A stretch of 64,000 nucleotides of DNA from Candidatus Desulfobia pelagia (lineage in GTDB: Bacteria > Desulfobacterota > Desulfobulbia > Desulfobulbales > SURF-16). The stretch lies in the NCBI GenBank assembly GCA_014382295.1, contig JACNJZ010000093.1:570-64569 (forward strand), read 5' to 3'. Positions within the stretch are counted from its first letter, which is position 1. Every line of letters begins with the position of its first letter. Below are positions 19,737 through 28,982 of the stretch, one piece after another. The notes under the pieces are model-generated. The model had not been told where the DNA came from and ran no database searches. It saw nothing but the letters and a program-made list of their open reading frames with translations. A program made the translations under genes and the position numbers.

Positions 19737-20705
19737 ATGGAATTTTTAGAGACAGTGACAATGCTCTGGCAGGGGTTGGGGTGGCCACTGACCAGGATGA
19801 TATTATTTATTTCTGTTGGTCTTCTTGTCGCAAATATTATTGAGTCCCTGAACTGGACTCATGCGGTGGCCAGGCTCGCTTCTCCTCTCATCCGCATGGG
19901 TCATCTTTCTGATATTACCGGTGCTAGCTTCTCCATGGCATTTTTTTCAGGGGTTTCCGCCAATGCAATGCTTTCAGAGGGATATGAGCAGGGCAAGCTT
20001 GACGGGAAAGAATTGATTCTCGCCAATCTTTTCAACAGTCTTCCCACCTATTTCCTGCATTTGCCGACAATGTTTTTTATCACAGTGCCTTTTATCAAGG
20101 GAGCTGCTTTTGCCTATGTGGGATTGACGTTTTTTGCGGCAATCTGCCGGACTCTGTTTATAGTGGTTGTCGGCAGATTTATTCTGCCTCCGCGAACAAT
20201 TGGTGATCTGCAAAAAAAATTAAGCGGAATTAAGCCCAGTGGCTGGCGTCAGACGATGAAAAAGGCGGGGACTCGATTTGTAGAACGCATCAGGAAAATT
20301 CTCCTTTTTACCGTCCCGCTCTATATCCTCATTTTTTATTTGAACACAATAGGTCATTTTGAGGCTGTCGAAAAGTTTATCAGTCAGTATATCTCCTTTC
20401 TTTCGTGGCTCAACCCGGAAAGTCTCGGTATCATTGTTCTCCATGTGGCGGCGGAATTTACTGCGGGACTGGCACTTGCCGGAGCACTTCTTGAAGGGGG
20501 CAATCTCAGTTACCGTGAGGTTGTTCTGGCGCTTCTTGTGGGCAACATAGTTTCTTCTCCGATGCGGGCTATCCGCCATCAGTTGCCTTATTATGCGGGG
20601 ATCTTTCCGGCCGGGGTTGCAGTGAAGCTTATTTTCTACAACCAGGCCTTCCGGATGGGAAGTATTATCCTGGTTACAATAGGCTATTATTTTTTTACAG
20701 CGTGA
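19737..20705 (+). CDS. Polytopic membrane protein, nucleoside-recognition (FeoB Gate-like) domain family
   Basis: 322 aa with about 8 TM helices. The family call rests on overall resemblance only. Confidence 0.5.
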   Translation: MEFLETVTMLWQGLGWPLTRMILFISVGLLVANIIESLNWTHAVARLASPLIRMGHLSDITGASFSMAFFSGVSANAMLSEGYEQGKLDGKELILANLFNSLPTYFLHLPTMFFITVPFIKGAAFAYVGLTFFAAICRTLFIVVVGRFILPPRTIGDLQKKLSGIKPSGWRQTMKKAGTRFVERIRKILLFTVPLYILIFYLNTIGHFEAVEKFISQYISFLSWLNPESLGIIVLHVAAEFTAGLALAGALLEGGNLSYREVVLALLVGNIVSSPMRAIRHQLPYYAGIFPAGVAVKLIFYNQAFRMGSIILVTIGYYFFTA

Positions 20706-20710
20706 ATTGC

Positions 20711-22675
20711 TTATGCCGAAGGTGATGAGGCTTGCCTGGCTTTTTTTGCCTCATACATCAGGGTGTCAGCCCTGGACATGAATTGCAGTATTTCACAGGG
20801 CTCATTGTCGGGTTGGCAGGAGGTGACCCCTATGCTGATAGATAATATGTAGGGTCTGCCAGAAGTATCGTTGAAGGCCTGAATTTCCTGTTCCAGGCGT
20901 TTGACTATCGCTGTTTCATCGTCAGATCCGGTAAGGAGAACTGCAAACTCGTCACCTCCTATACGGGAAATAATATCGGATTCACGGCAGAATCGTTTCA
21001 GCACCATTGCCCCATCCTGGAGTGCGGTATCTCCTGTCTGATGTCCAAAGTCGTCGTTGATTCCTTTCATGTTGTCGAGGTCGGCATACAGGAGATGGAG
21101 TTCTTTTTTATTTCTGTTGGCAATATGAAGCTGCTGCTGGGCAAGGGTTATAAAACCCCGGCGATTGTAAAGTCCTGTCAGTTCATCGGTGATTGAGAGT
21201 TTTTTCAGGTTCTCTTTGCTCTCGGTCAGTTCATGTTCAATTTTTTTCAGATAACTGATATCAGTAGAAACAAGAACAACTTCCCTGTTGTCTTGGGTCC
21301 CTGATGGTATTGGTGTTGCAGAAATTAAAAGATGTCTCTTTTCTCCGCTGCTATCCTGGAAAACCATTTCCCCCTGGCTTACGCCACTTTTTATCATTGT
21401 TCTGATGTACTGAAGATTTTCTTCCGGGAAGATGTCGGCGAGGCTGATGATTCTTTCGTCGTGGATCGCAGCGGAAAAGAGATGTATTGCCGACCTGTTT
21501 ATTGTGGTGAGTTCTTCATCGCTATTCACAACCAGGACGTTTTCACTCATTGTTGCAATAATATTGTCCAGATAATTGCGGGAAACCGTTGATTGGGCAA
21601 TGGCATACATCATTTTTTGAAAAGATCCGACCAGTTGGGATATTTCATCTTCTGATGTGGTGTCTATATCAAGAGTATTTCCTTTCTGCCCACTGGCTAT
21701 TTCCCTGGAATAGTGGATGAGGCTCATTATCGGCCTGGTCATCCGGTGGGCTATGAAATATGAAAAAATTCCGGTCAGGAAGAGAATGAAGGCAAGGGTA
21801 ATAAGGATGGTGTTGCGTATTTTGCTGAGTTTGGCATGGATGGGTTCATACGGTATAACGGCTTGAATATTCAGGTCTATTCCCGGAACTCGGGTTGAAG
21901 CGACCAGGGAGTCAGTGTCATAAATAAGCCTTCGCTTTACATCAGCATCATTAATTGTCGCGTCTATAGAAAGAGGGAAGGCGTCAGGTGGCTTCCTGTA
22001 TTCAATTTTTATATTACCCCGGGGCGTTTCTGATGGGAAAATGGCGATAGCATTTTTTTTGCTGTCGGAGATGATGAGATAACTGTCCGGATCAAGATTT
22101 TCAGATTGAATCTTCTTGCCAAGAAGGGAATAGGGCACGGAGGCCGAGATGATTCCGGCAAATTTGTTGCCAAAATAATGGGACTTGGCCAGAGCCATTC
22201 GAATGGTTGGTATTTTTAGGTCGGGATCAGTTCCTGAGGCAAAAATAATAACTTCGGCCGGATTGGCAATAAGGCGGTTTATGAGATCTGGGCTGTGGCT
22301 TCTTTTGTTCTGGTCGTCGGAAACACCATTTACAATCTTGAACTCTTCTTCACCTTTTGTATTAATAACAGCAAGTTGGGGAAATGTTTTCTGAAAACGG
22401 GTGAAATGTTCCTGCAGGGCAAGATCACGGTAATTGTTTAGATAATCCATGACAATTCTGTCGTCAGAAATGTGGCGCAGGTCTGTTGTCAGATCATCCA
22501 GTGTATCCTGAATAATTTTTGCGGAATGACGAGAACTGTGCTTGAGATTGTCAGTCTCCAGAGTCAGGAGATACCGGGAAAGGGAACTGTTGCTGATACT
22601 TCCGAGTACCAGGCTGACAAAGAGCACTGCTCCTAAGTGGGAAAAAAGGAGTTTTGTTTTAAGAGATTTAAACAT
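20711..22675 (-). CDS. Membrane sensor diguanylate cyclase (periplasmic Cache-like domain + HAMP + PAS + GGDEF)
   Basis: 654 aa. Two TM helices flank a periplasmic region of about 270 aa, and the C-terminal GGDEF domain carries RIGGDEFAVLL. Confidence 0.85.
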   Translation of the reverse strand: MFKSLKTKLLFSHLGAVLFVSLVLGSISNSSLSRYLLTLETDNLKHSSRHSAKIIQDTLDDLTTDLRHISDDRIVMDYLNNYRDLALQEHFTRFQKTFPQLAVINTKGEEEFKIVNGVSDDQNKRSHSPDLINRLIANPAEVIIFASGTDPDLKIPTIRMALAKSHYFGNKFAGIISASVPYSLLGKKIQSENLDPDSYLIISDSKKNAIAIFPSETPRGNIKIEYRKPPDAFPLSIDATINDADVKRRLIYDTDSLVASTRVPGIDLNIQAVIPYEPIHAKLSKIRNTILITLAFILFLTGIFSYFIAHRMTRPIMSLIHYSREIASGQKGNTLDIDTTSEDEISQLVGSFQKMMYAIAQSTVSRNYLDNIIATMSENVLVVNSDEELTTINRSAIHLFSAAIHDERIISLADIFPEENLQYIRTMIKSGVSQGEMVFQDSSGEKRHLLISATPIPSGTQDNREVVLVSTDISYLKKIEHELTESKENLKKLSITDELTGLYNRRGFITLAQQQLHIANRNKKELHLLYADLDNMKGINDDFGHQTGDTALQDGAMVLKRFCRESDIISRIGGDEFAVLLTGSDDETAIVKRLEQEIQAFNDTSGRPYILSISIGVTSCQPDNEPCEILQFMSRADTLMYEAKKARQASSPSA

Positions 22676-22715
22676 CTTTTATCCGATGCTCTCTGGGACT
22701 TCTTTTCATGGCCGT

Positions 22716-23540
22716 TTATTTGACGGGAACCGGAAAGGAACCAGCTTTGATAATGATATTGACGGCGTCGCTTTTTGAGAGGAAATCAATGAACTGCATG
22801 GCCTGTGCAGAAATATTTTCTTTCCAGACAAGACCAAGCGGGGTTACAAGAGGATAATCTCCATTCGATACGGAAACCTGGTCCGGGTTTATGGCGTTAA
22901 TTTGAAAAATGTGAACATTTTCTCTGCCAACGAGAGCGGAAAGAGGAGAATACCCTATTGTATGGTCATGACCAAGAACGGTTTCAATTGCTTCAGGGGT
23001 TGTATAAAGAACTTCGCCTGTCTTGTTTTTTATTTCCTTAAAACCGGCGAGGGTTTTTTCTATGGCGCTTCTTGAGGAGTCACCGCATTCCCGATCAGCA
23101 ACATAAATATGACCGTTTAGGTCCGCTATATCCTGCCAGAGAATGGTTGTGCCATTATAAATGTTTACTATCTGCTCTGAGGAGAGAGAGGGAATGCTTT
23201 TCAGGGAATTGTTTGCAAAAAAGACTACTGGCGACCTGGCAAAAAAAAGAGATGAAAGACCGTATTTTTTTTCCTTTTCTTTCAGAGGGCGGGCAATCCT
23301 CCCCATGTCGCATTTCCCCCTGGCAGTGGCTTTTATGCCGCCGCTGCTGCCGATGGAGTCCGGGACCTCTATAGTGATATCAGGATTCTGTTTTTCGAAT
23401 TCTGAAGCCAGAAGACGAAGCAGTTCCTGGCTGTCTCCTGTGCCGCAGATGGTTATTTTCTCTGCCGCAGCATAACAGGGCGCATGATACACTATTCCGA
23501 TACTGATAAGCAGCAGAAGGAGTTTTCTGGTCATAGACAT
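22716..23540 (-). CDS. Periplasmic PstS-family (PBP type 2) substrate-binding protein
   Basis: 274 aa. Signal peptide, then CGTGDS...SIGSSGGIKA typical of phosphate-binding-like proteins. It ends 40 nt upstream of the sensor cyclase. Confidence 0.7.
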   Translation of the reverse strand: MSMTRKLLLLLISIGIVYHAPCYAAAEKITICGTGDSQELLRLLASEFEKQNPDITIEVPDSIGSSGGIKATARGKCDMGRIARPLKEKEKKYGLSSLFFARSPVVFFANNSLKSIPSLSSEQIVNIYNGTTILWQDIADLNGHIYVADRECGDSSRSAIEKTLAGFKEIKNKTGEVLYTTPEAIETVLGHDHTIGYSPLSALVGRENVHIFQINAINPDQVSVSNGDYPLVTPLGLVWKENISAQAMQFIDFLSKSDAVNIIIKAGSFPVPVK

Positions 23541-23668
23541 TTTTTTGTTAAAGAAGGAGTTCCCTTCGGGGAAATCAAAGCATTGTCTATTTATTGTAGT
23601 AGAACAGCTTTCCCGATGTCAAAGAATTTACGAAAAAACAGGATAAGGATTTTTGAGATGACGTCCGT

Positions 23669-25342
23669 TTATTGGTCGAGGGAGGGAGAGAAATGGGCGG
23701 ATCTGTTTTTACCGCTGCCTTTTGCTCTGTACATGGCAGTGTCAGCATATCTCATCAGGGTCTGTTCATCTGTGGCATCATCCGGACAGAATGTGACGCC
23801 GATACTTGCTGTGATATGGACTTCATTGTCCCTGCCTACAATAAAAGGGCGGGCAAGGGACTGGAGGAGCTGCCTGATAACAGGCTCGGCATCGGACTGC
23901 TGGGTTATGTTGGTGAGGATAACGGTGAATTCATCTCCTCCAAGCCGGGCAATGGTATCTGTTTGCCGCAGACAGTAGTTGAGGCGCTGGGCAACTTCAA
24001 CCAGAAGATCGTCACCTGCCTGATGACCCAGCGAGTCATTGACGTTTTTAAAGTTGTCAAGGTCAATAAACATCAGGCAGAGGAGTTTGCCGGTACGGGT
24101 GCTCTGGAAGATAGCCTGGGAAAGACGTTCCATGAACAGGGCACGATTGGGAAGACCCGTTAATACGTCAAAATTGGCCAGTTTCCAGATTTGTTTTTCT
24201 GATTCTTTTCGTTCGGTAATATCCCTGGCTGTTGAGTTGACGGCTACAATGCTGTTGTTTTCATCATCATAGTGGTGATTCATGGTCCATAGCATGTCAT
24301 GGGTCTCGCCAATGGCATTGAGTATACGGTTCTCCAGGGTGATCCGTTCTCTTTTACCCTGAACAATGTCATTGAATAGTTCTTCAGTGCTCTGACGGTC
24401 CTCGGGATGAATGAAATCAAAAAGAGAGCGGCCCAGGCATTTTTTCGGTTCAAGGCCAAAGAAGGGGTGGGCCATGTGATTGACAAAGGTGAATTTACCC
24501 CTGGTGTCTACCTGGCAGACAAGGTTGTCTGTGCCCTCAATAAACTGACGATACTGGGCCTCATTCTCTCGCAGTGTTTTTTCTGCAAGCCAGCGTCTGG
24601 ATATATCTTTTATTATGCCGACAGCATGCCATTCACTGTCTATTCGCACGGAAGACAGGGAGAGCTCAATAGGGAACTCTTTTCCCTTTTTGTTCAAGGC
24701 AAAGAGTTCAGTTGTCTTGTCTATAACCGGGCCGGTGCCTGTCAGTGAAAAAGTGTGGAAATGTTCGCTGTAGGCCTTCATATATGTTTCAGGGACAAGG
24801 CGTTTATGGATGTCTTTCCCCAGTATTTCCTGTTCCGTATAGCCAAAGATTCTCTCGGCGGCTTTGTTCCAGAAAGTGGCTTCCCCACTGCTGTTGACCA
24901 TGATGATCGCATCATTTGCAGTTTGGGTGATGGCCCTCAGTTTTGCTTCGTTTTCCTTTATTCTGGCAATGAGATCTTTTTTTTCAAATTCACGCTCCAG
25001 CCGGATAAGAATATCTTCCGTGGAGCAGGGCTTGTTGAGAAAGTCATCAGCTCCGCTGCGCAGCGCCGATATGGCAGAATTTACGTTGGCAAAACCGGTT
25101 AGAATGATAACAACGGTTTCGGGAGCCTCTTCCTTGACTTTTTTAAGGACGTCGATTCCATCCATGCCTGCCATCATCAGATCGGTAAGCACAGCATCAT
25201 GGTGATCGACTTTGAACTTTTTCAGCCCTTCCTTGCCGTTTTCGGCAAGAGAGACTGTAAAACCGACGGCGCTCAGGTCGGTTTTCAGGCTGTGGCGAAT
25301 AAGTTCTTCGTCGTCAATGATGAGGATCTTTTTGTTGCTCAT
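23669..25342 (-). CDS. Response regulator diguanylate cyclase (REC + 2 PAS + GGDEF)
   Basis: 557 aa. MSNKKILIIDDEELI, phospho-acceptor context AVLTDLMMAGMDG, and RLGGDEFTVIL. Its start codon overlaps the ettA stop (ATGA). Confidence 0.9.
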   Translation of the reverse strand: MSNKKILIIDDEELIRHSLKTDLSAVGFTVSLAENGKEGLKKFKVDHHDAVLTDLMMAGMDGIDVLKKVKEEAPETVVIILTGFANVNSAISALRSGADDFLNKPCSTEDILIRLEREFEKKDLIARIKENEAKLRAITQTANDAIIMVNSSGEATFWNKAAERIFGYTEQEILGKDIHKRLVPETYMKAYSEHFHTFSLTGTGPVIDKTTELFALNKKGKEFPIELSLSSVRIDSEWHAVGIIKDISRRWLAEKTLRENEAQYRQFIEGTDNLVCQVDTRGKFTFVNHMAHPFFGLEPKKCLGRSLFDFIHPEDRQSTEELFNDIVQGKRERITLENRILNAIGETHDMLWTMNHHYDDENNSIVAVNSTARDITERKESEKQIWKLANFDVLTGLPNRALFMERLSQAIFQSTRTGKLLCLMFIDLDNFKNVNDSLGHQAGDDLLVEVAQRLNYCLRQTDTIARLGGDEFTVILTNITQQSDAEPVIRQLLQSLARPFIVGRDNEVHITASIGVTFCPDDATDEQTLMRYADTAMYRAKGSGKNRSAHFSPSLDQ

Positions 25343-27024
25343 GCCCGGGTTAACTGCCTGTATTTGATGCGATGGGGCTGATCTGCTTCGCTTCCCAGCC
25401 GTTTTTTGCGGTCGGCTTCGTATTCGGAGTAATTGCCGTCAAAGAAAAGGACCTTGCTGTCTCCCTCAAAGGCAAGAATATGGGTGGCAATGCGATCCAG
25501 AAACCAGCGGTCATGGCTTATAACAACGGCACAGCCGCCAAAATTCTCAAGTGCCTCTTCAAGGGCTCTCAGGGTGTTCACATCCAGGTCGTTTGTCGGC
25601 TCATCAAGCAGGATGACGTTGGCTCCATCCTTCAGCATCCGTGCCAGGTGCACCCTGTTTCTCTGTCCCCCTGACAGCAGCCCGACTTTTTTCTGCTGGT
25701 CCTGTCCTGAGAAATTGAATCGTCCGACATAGGCACGGGAATTGACTTCTTTTGTGCCAAGGGTGATGGTGTCTCTGCCGTCAGAAATAACTTCCCAGAT
25801 CGTTTTGTCCGGATCTAGGGCATCCCGGCTCTGGTCAACATAGGCAAGCTTTACTGTGTCGCCGAGGCGAATGGCGCCGGAATCAGGAGTGTCCTCGCCA
25901 GTTATCATTCGGAACAGTGTTGTCTTTCCTGCACCGTTGGGGCCGATAACTCCGACAATACCACCGGGAGGCAGGCTGAAAGACATGTCTTCAACCAGGA
26001 GTTTGTTCTCGAAAGCTTTATTGACATGTTCAGCCTCTATAACCACCTTGCCAAGTCTGGGTCCTGGTGGAATATAGATTTCCAGCTCGCGGCCTTTATT
26101 TTCATTTTCCTGGCTGAGAAGATCCTCGTAGGATTTGATTCGCGCTTTAGATTTGGCCCTTCTGCCTTTGGGGGCCATATTGATCCATTCAAGCTCACGC
26201 TGCAGAGTTTTCTGGCGTTCACTTTCCTGTTTTTCCTGCTGCTGAAGTCTTTTCTGTTTCTGTTCCAGCCAGGAGGAATAGTTGCCTTTCCAGGGGATTC
26301 CCTTGCCCCGGTCAAGTTCCAGAATCCATCCGGCCACATTGTCGAGGAAATAGCGGTCATGGGTGACAGCGATAATCGTCCCTTCATAGCGCTGGAGGTG
26401 ATGTTCCATCCAGGCAACTGTTTCGGCGTCAAGGTGATTTGTGGGCTCGTCCAGCAGCAGGATGTCCGGTTTTTGAAGCAGGAGGCGACAGAGCGCCACA
26501 CGTCGTTTTTCGCCGCCGGAAAGAATGGTGATCGGAGTATCGCCGGCCGGACAGCGCAAGGCATCCATGGCCATTTCCAGACGTGAATCCAGTTCCCAGG
26601 CATCATTTGCGTCAAGTTTTTCCTGAACCTCTCCCTGTCTGGCAATGAGGGCATCCATTTCATCGTCCGACATGGGTTCGGCAAATTTCATGTTGATCTC
26701 ATTAAATTCGTTTAAAAGATCAACAGTCTCCTGAACCGCTTCTTCGACGATTTCTTTAACAGTTTTGCTGGCATCAAGATCCGGTTCCTGTTCCAGAATA
26801 CCGACTGTCAAGCCTGGAGAAATGGTGGTTTTCCCTTCAAACTCGGTGTCCTTCCCCGCCAGAATGCGGAGCAGGGAGCTTTTTCCGGAACCGTTCAGGC
26901 CCAGTACACCTATTTTGGCGCCATAGAAGTATGACAGGTTGATGTTATTGAGAATGGGCTTTTTGTTATAGTATTTGCTTACTCCGATCATGGAGTAGAT
27001 GATTTTGTTGGCTTCGTCGCTCAT
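25339..27024 (-). CDS. ettA: Energy-dependent translational throttle protein EttA (ABC-F)
   Basis: 561 aa. Two ABC cassettes (GLNGSGKSS and GPNGAGKTT), signature LSGGEKRRVAL, and the C-terminus HRIKYRQLTRA. Confidence 0.92.
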   Translation of the reverse strand: MSDEANKIIYSMIGVSKYYNKKPILNNINLSYFYGAKIGVLGLNGSGKSSLLRILAGKDTEFEGKTTISPGLTVGILEQEPDLDASKTVKEIVEEAVQETVDLLNEFNEINMKFAEPMSDDEMDALIARQGEVQEKLDANDAWELDSRLEMAMDALRCPAGDTPITILSGGEKRRVALCRLLLQKPDILLLDEPTNHLDAETVAWMEHHLQRYEGTIIAVTHDRYFLDNVAGWILELDRGKGIPWKGNYSSWLEQKQKRLQQQEKQESERQKTLQRELEWINMAPKGRRAKSKARIKSYEDLLSQENENKGRELEIYIPPGPRLGKVVIEAEHVNKAFENKLLVEDMSFSLPPGGIVGVIGPNGAGKTTLFRMITGEDTPDSGAIRLGDTVKLAYVDQSRDALDPDKTIWEVISDGRDTITLGTKEVNSRAYVGRFNFSGQDQQKKVGLLSGGQRNRVHLARMLKDGANVILLDEPTNDLDVNTLRALEEALENFGGCAVVISHDRWFLDRIATHILAFEGDSKVLFFDGNYSEYEADRKKRLGSEADQPHRIKYRQLTRA

Positions 27025-27036
27025 GTGTGTGTTTTT

Positions 27037-27087
27037 AAAAGTTTTAAGTTGAAAGTCTTAAGTTTTAAGTTCATGGATGTTACTTAT
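27037..27087. repeat. AAGTTTTAAGTT family, full copy
   Basis: AAAAGTTTTAAGTTGAAAGTCTTAAGTTTTAAGTTCATGGATGTTACTTATG is a close match to 4895-4954. It spans the cyclase stop codon and ends 13 nt upstream of the ettA ATG. Confidence 0.6.
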
Positions 27088-28789
27088 GCAGCTCAGACCA
27101 GGATACGGTTCGATTCCGGCCTGATTCTTTGGCAGAATAGAGGGCCTGGTCGGCTCTGTCAATAAGTTCTGCTTTATTATCAGCATCAACGGGATAGGAT
27201 GCAAGGCCAAAAGACATGGTTATTGTAATTTTTTTTCCTTTTGAACTGAAGCTTAATTCCTCTATGGTAGTACGAACCCTCTCAGCCTGTATGCGGCCGC
27301 CTTCCTCGTCGGAAGCTTCAAGGATCAGGGCAAATTCTTCTCCTCCGTACCGGGCTGCCAGATCAACTTGGCGAATGGAAAGTTTGAGTATCTCGGCCAC
27401 TTTTTTCAGGACCTTGTCTCCAAAGGGGTGACCGTAAGAGTCATTTATCTTTTTGAAGTGGTCTATATCGCATAAAATGAGGCAGAGGGAAGATGACTGG
27501 CGACGGGACCGGATTATCATGTTGTCAAGGCCGAGCTGGAAAGTACGGTGGTTGTTAAGTCCCGTAAGACCGTCGGTAAGGGCCATCTGGTATATTTTTT
27601 CATGGGCCTGGGCAAGTTCGATTTTTGCGGCAATCTGCCCGGCGATAAGTTCCATGATATGGCGCTGGTCTCTGCTGAATATGCCTGTTTTCTGTGAGGC
27701 TATGGTGAGTGCCCCTATTGCCTTGTCTCCCTGTTGGCTCAAGGGGACAATGAGCAGAGATTTAAAGCCGGGTATAAGTTTGTTTCTGGAAAATACAGGT
27801 GCCGGATCAGGGTAGGTTTCGGTTGGCGGCATCCAGTGATTGCAGTGAATTGCCTGTCCCACCAGCCCGTCATTGTGCAGGTATTTGCATCCTTCCAGCT
27901 CTTCAGCCTGGTAGCCATCGGCCCTGACTATAGTATGTTCAGTATCTTGGAGGAGGCTGATAGCAACAAAATCGGCATCAACAAGTTCTTTTACACTGTC
28001 AATGGCAATATCAAAGGTCTCTTTGAGCTCCAGAACACTGTTGAGCCTCTTGATTCCTTTATACAGCCGGCTGACGACGTTTGTGTATCGGGCAGCCTGC
28101 AGGAGTTGATTGCCGATGTATATCTCACGGCTTATTTTGCCTGCGGCAAGTCTTATAAATTCCTGTTCATCTTCTGTCCACTCTTTATCTGAAGAGCGGT
28201 CAATTGATAGAATCCAGAAAGGGGTGTTGCTTGTTTTTGTTTTGGTGTGGTCAGGGATCCTGGTGGCCAGGAGGCTGCCAATGCCTTTGTTGGAGGTATA
28301 GTAGGGGATATTGGCAACCTGTTGAGAGACAGGACACACCTTGACATCTTTGTGCCCCTGGAACAGCACACTGAAAATGCCGATTCCCCGGGAAGCGCAA
28401 TCGTCAAGAATGTCTTTTTTTTCTGTGGAAATGGTGTGCAGGTATACCTTTTTCACAGCGGGATCTGCTTTAAGCAGGGCTGCCGAGGTAAGACTCAGGG
28501 CCTGGCAGATTATCTGCAGCAGGAGGGTACAGGACGAATCTATGTCTTCCTGGAAGGAATTTTTGTTTGATGAATAGGTGTCTATATCAGAAAGGATAGA
28601 ATCAGCTAATGGTTCCCGGATGGTTTTTTGTGTTGTAACGGGCTTGCTTTTCGGGAGCTTTTCTGTCCGGGTGGAAAGAGATCTGTGGCTGACTCTTTTT
28701 TTTGTAAAAGATCGTATAAGAAACCAGGATATGCCGGCCACGAGGGTAACAATTATAATACTCAGAAATGTCAGGTTTACTGATGTCAT
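27080..28789 (-). CDS. Membrane-anchored GAF-domain diguanylate cyclase
   Basis: 569 aa. N-terminal TM, two GAF-like regions, and a GGDEF domain with RYGGEEFALIL. Confidence 0.85.
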   Translation of the reverse strand: MTSVNLTFLSIIIVTLVAGISWFLIRSFTKKRVSHRSLSTRTEKLPKSKPVTTQKTIREPLADSILSDIDTYSSNKNSFQEDIDSSCTLLLQIICQALSLTSAALLKADPAVKKVYLHTISTEKKDILDDCASRGIGIFSVLFQGHKDVKVCPVSQQVANIPYYTSNKGIGSLLATRIPDHTKTKTSNTPFWILSIDRSSDKEWTEDEQEFIRLAAGKISREIYIGNQLLQAARYTNVVSRLYKGIKRLNSVLELKETFDIAIDSVKELVDADFVAISLLQDTEHTIVRADGYQAEELEGCKYLHNDGLVGQAIHCNHWMPPTETYPDPAPVFSRNKLIPGFKSLLIVPLSQQGDKAIGALTIASQKTGIFSRDQRHIMELIAGQIAAKIELAQAHEKIYQMALTDGLTGLNNHRTFQLGLDNMIIRSRRQSSSLCLILCDIDHFKKINDSYGHPFGDKVLKKVAEILKLSIRQVDLAARYGGEEFALILEASDEEGGRIQAERVRTTIEELSFSSKGKKITITMSFGLASYPVDADNKAELIDRADQALYSAKESGRNRTVSWSELHK

Positions 28790-28871
28790 GGCAGTATAAT
28801 AACATGGTTGTCAGGGGTGTGGTATTGTTTTGGGAATTTTGATAATAAGTGAGAGGAATGTGCTATATCTT

Positions 28872-28898
28872 TTGACTTATTGATAGGAACATTATATG
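28872..28898 (+). promoter_or_regulatory. Possible sigma-70 promoter for the selenopeptide gene
   Basis: TTGACT (28872-28877) followed by TATATG (28893-28898) at 15-nt spacing. The spacing and -10 quality are suboptimal. Confidence 0.25.
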
Positions 28899-28982
28899 GA
28901 TAGGAAATGGTTTTTTGTGGTCTGGGGAGGCATCTGCCCGGGAGCGTTTCTCCAGAGATGAAAATGACTAAGGAGGTATTTG

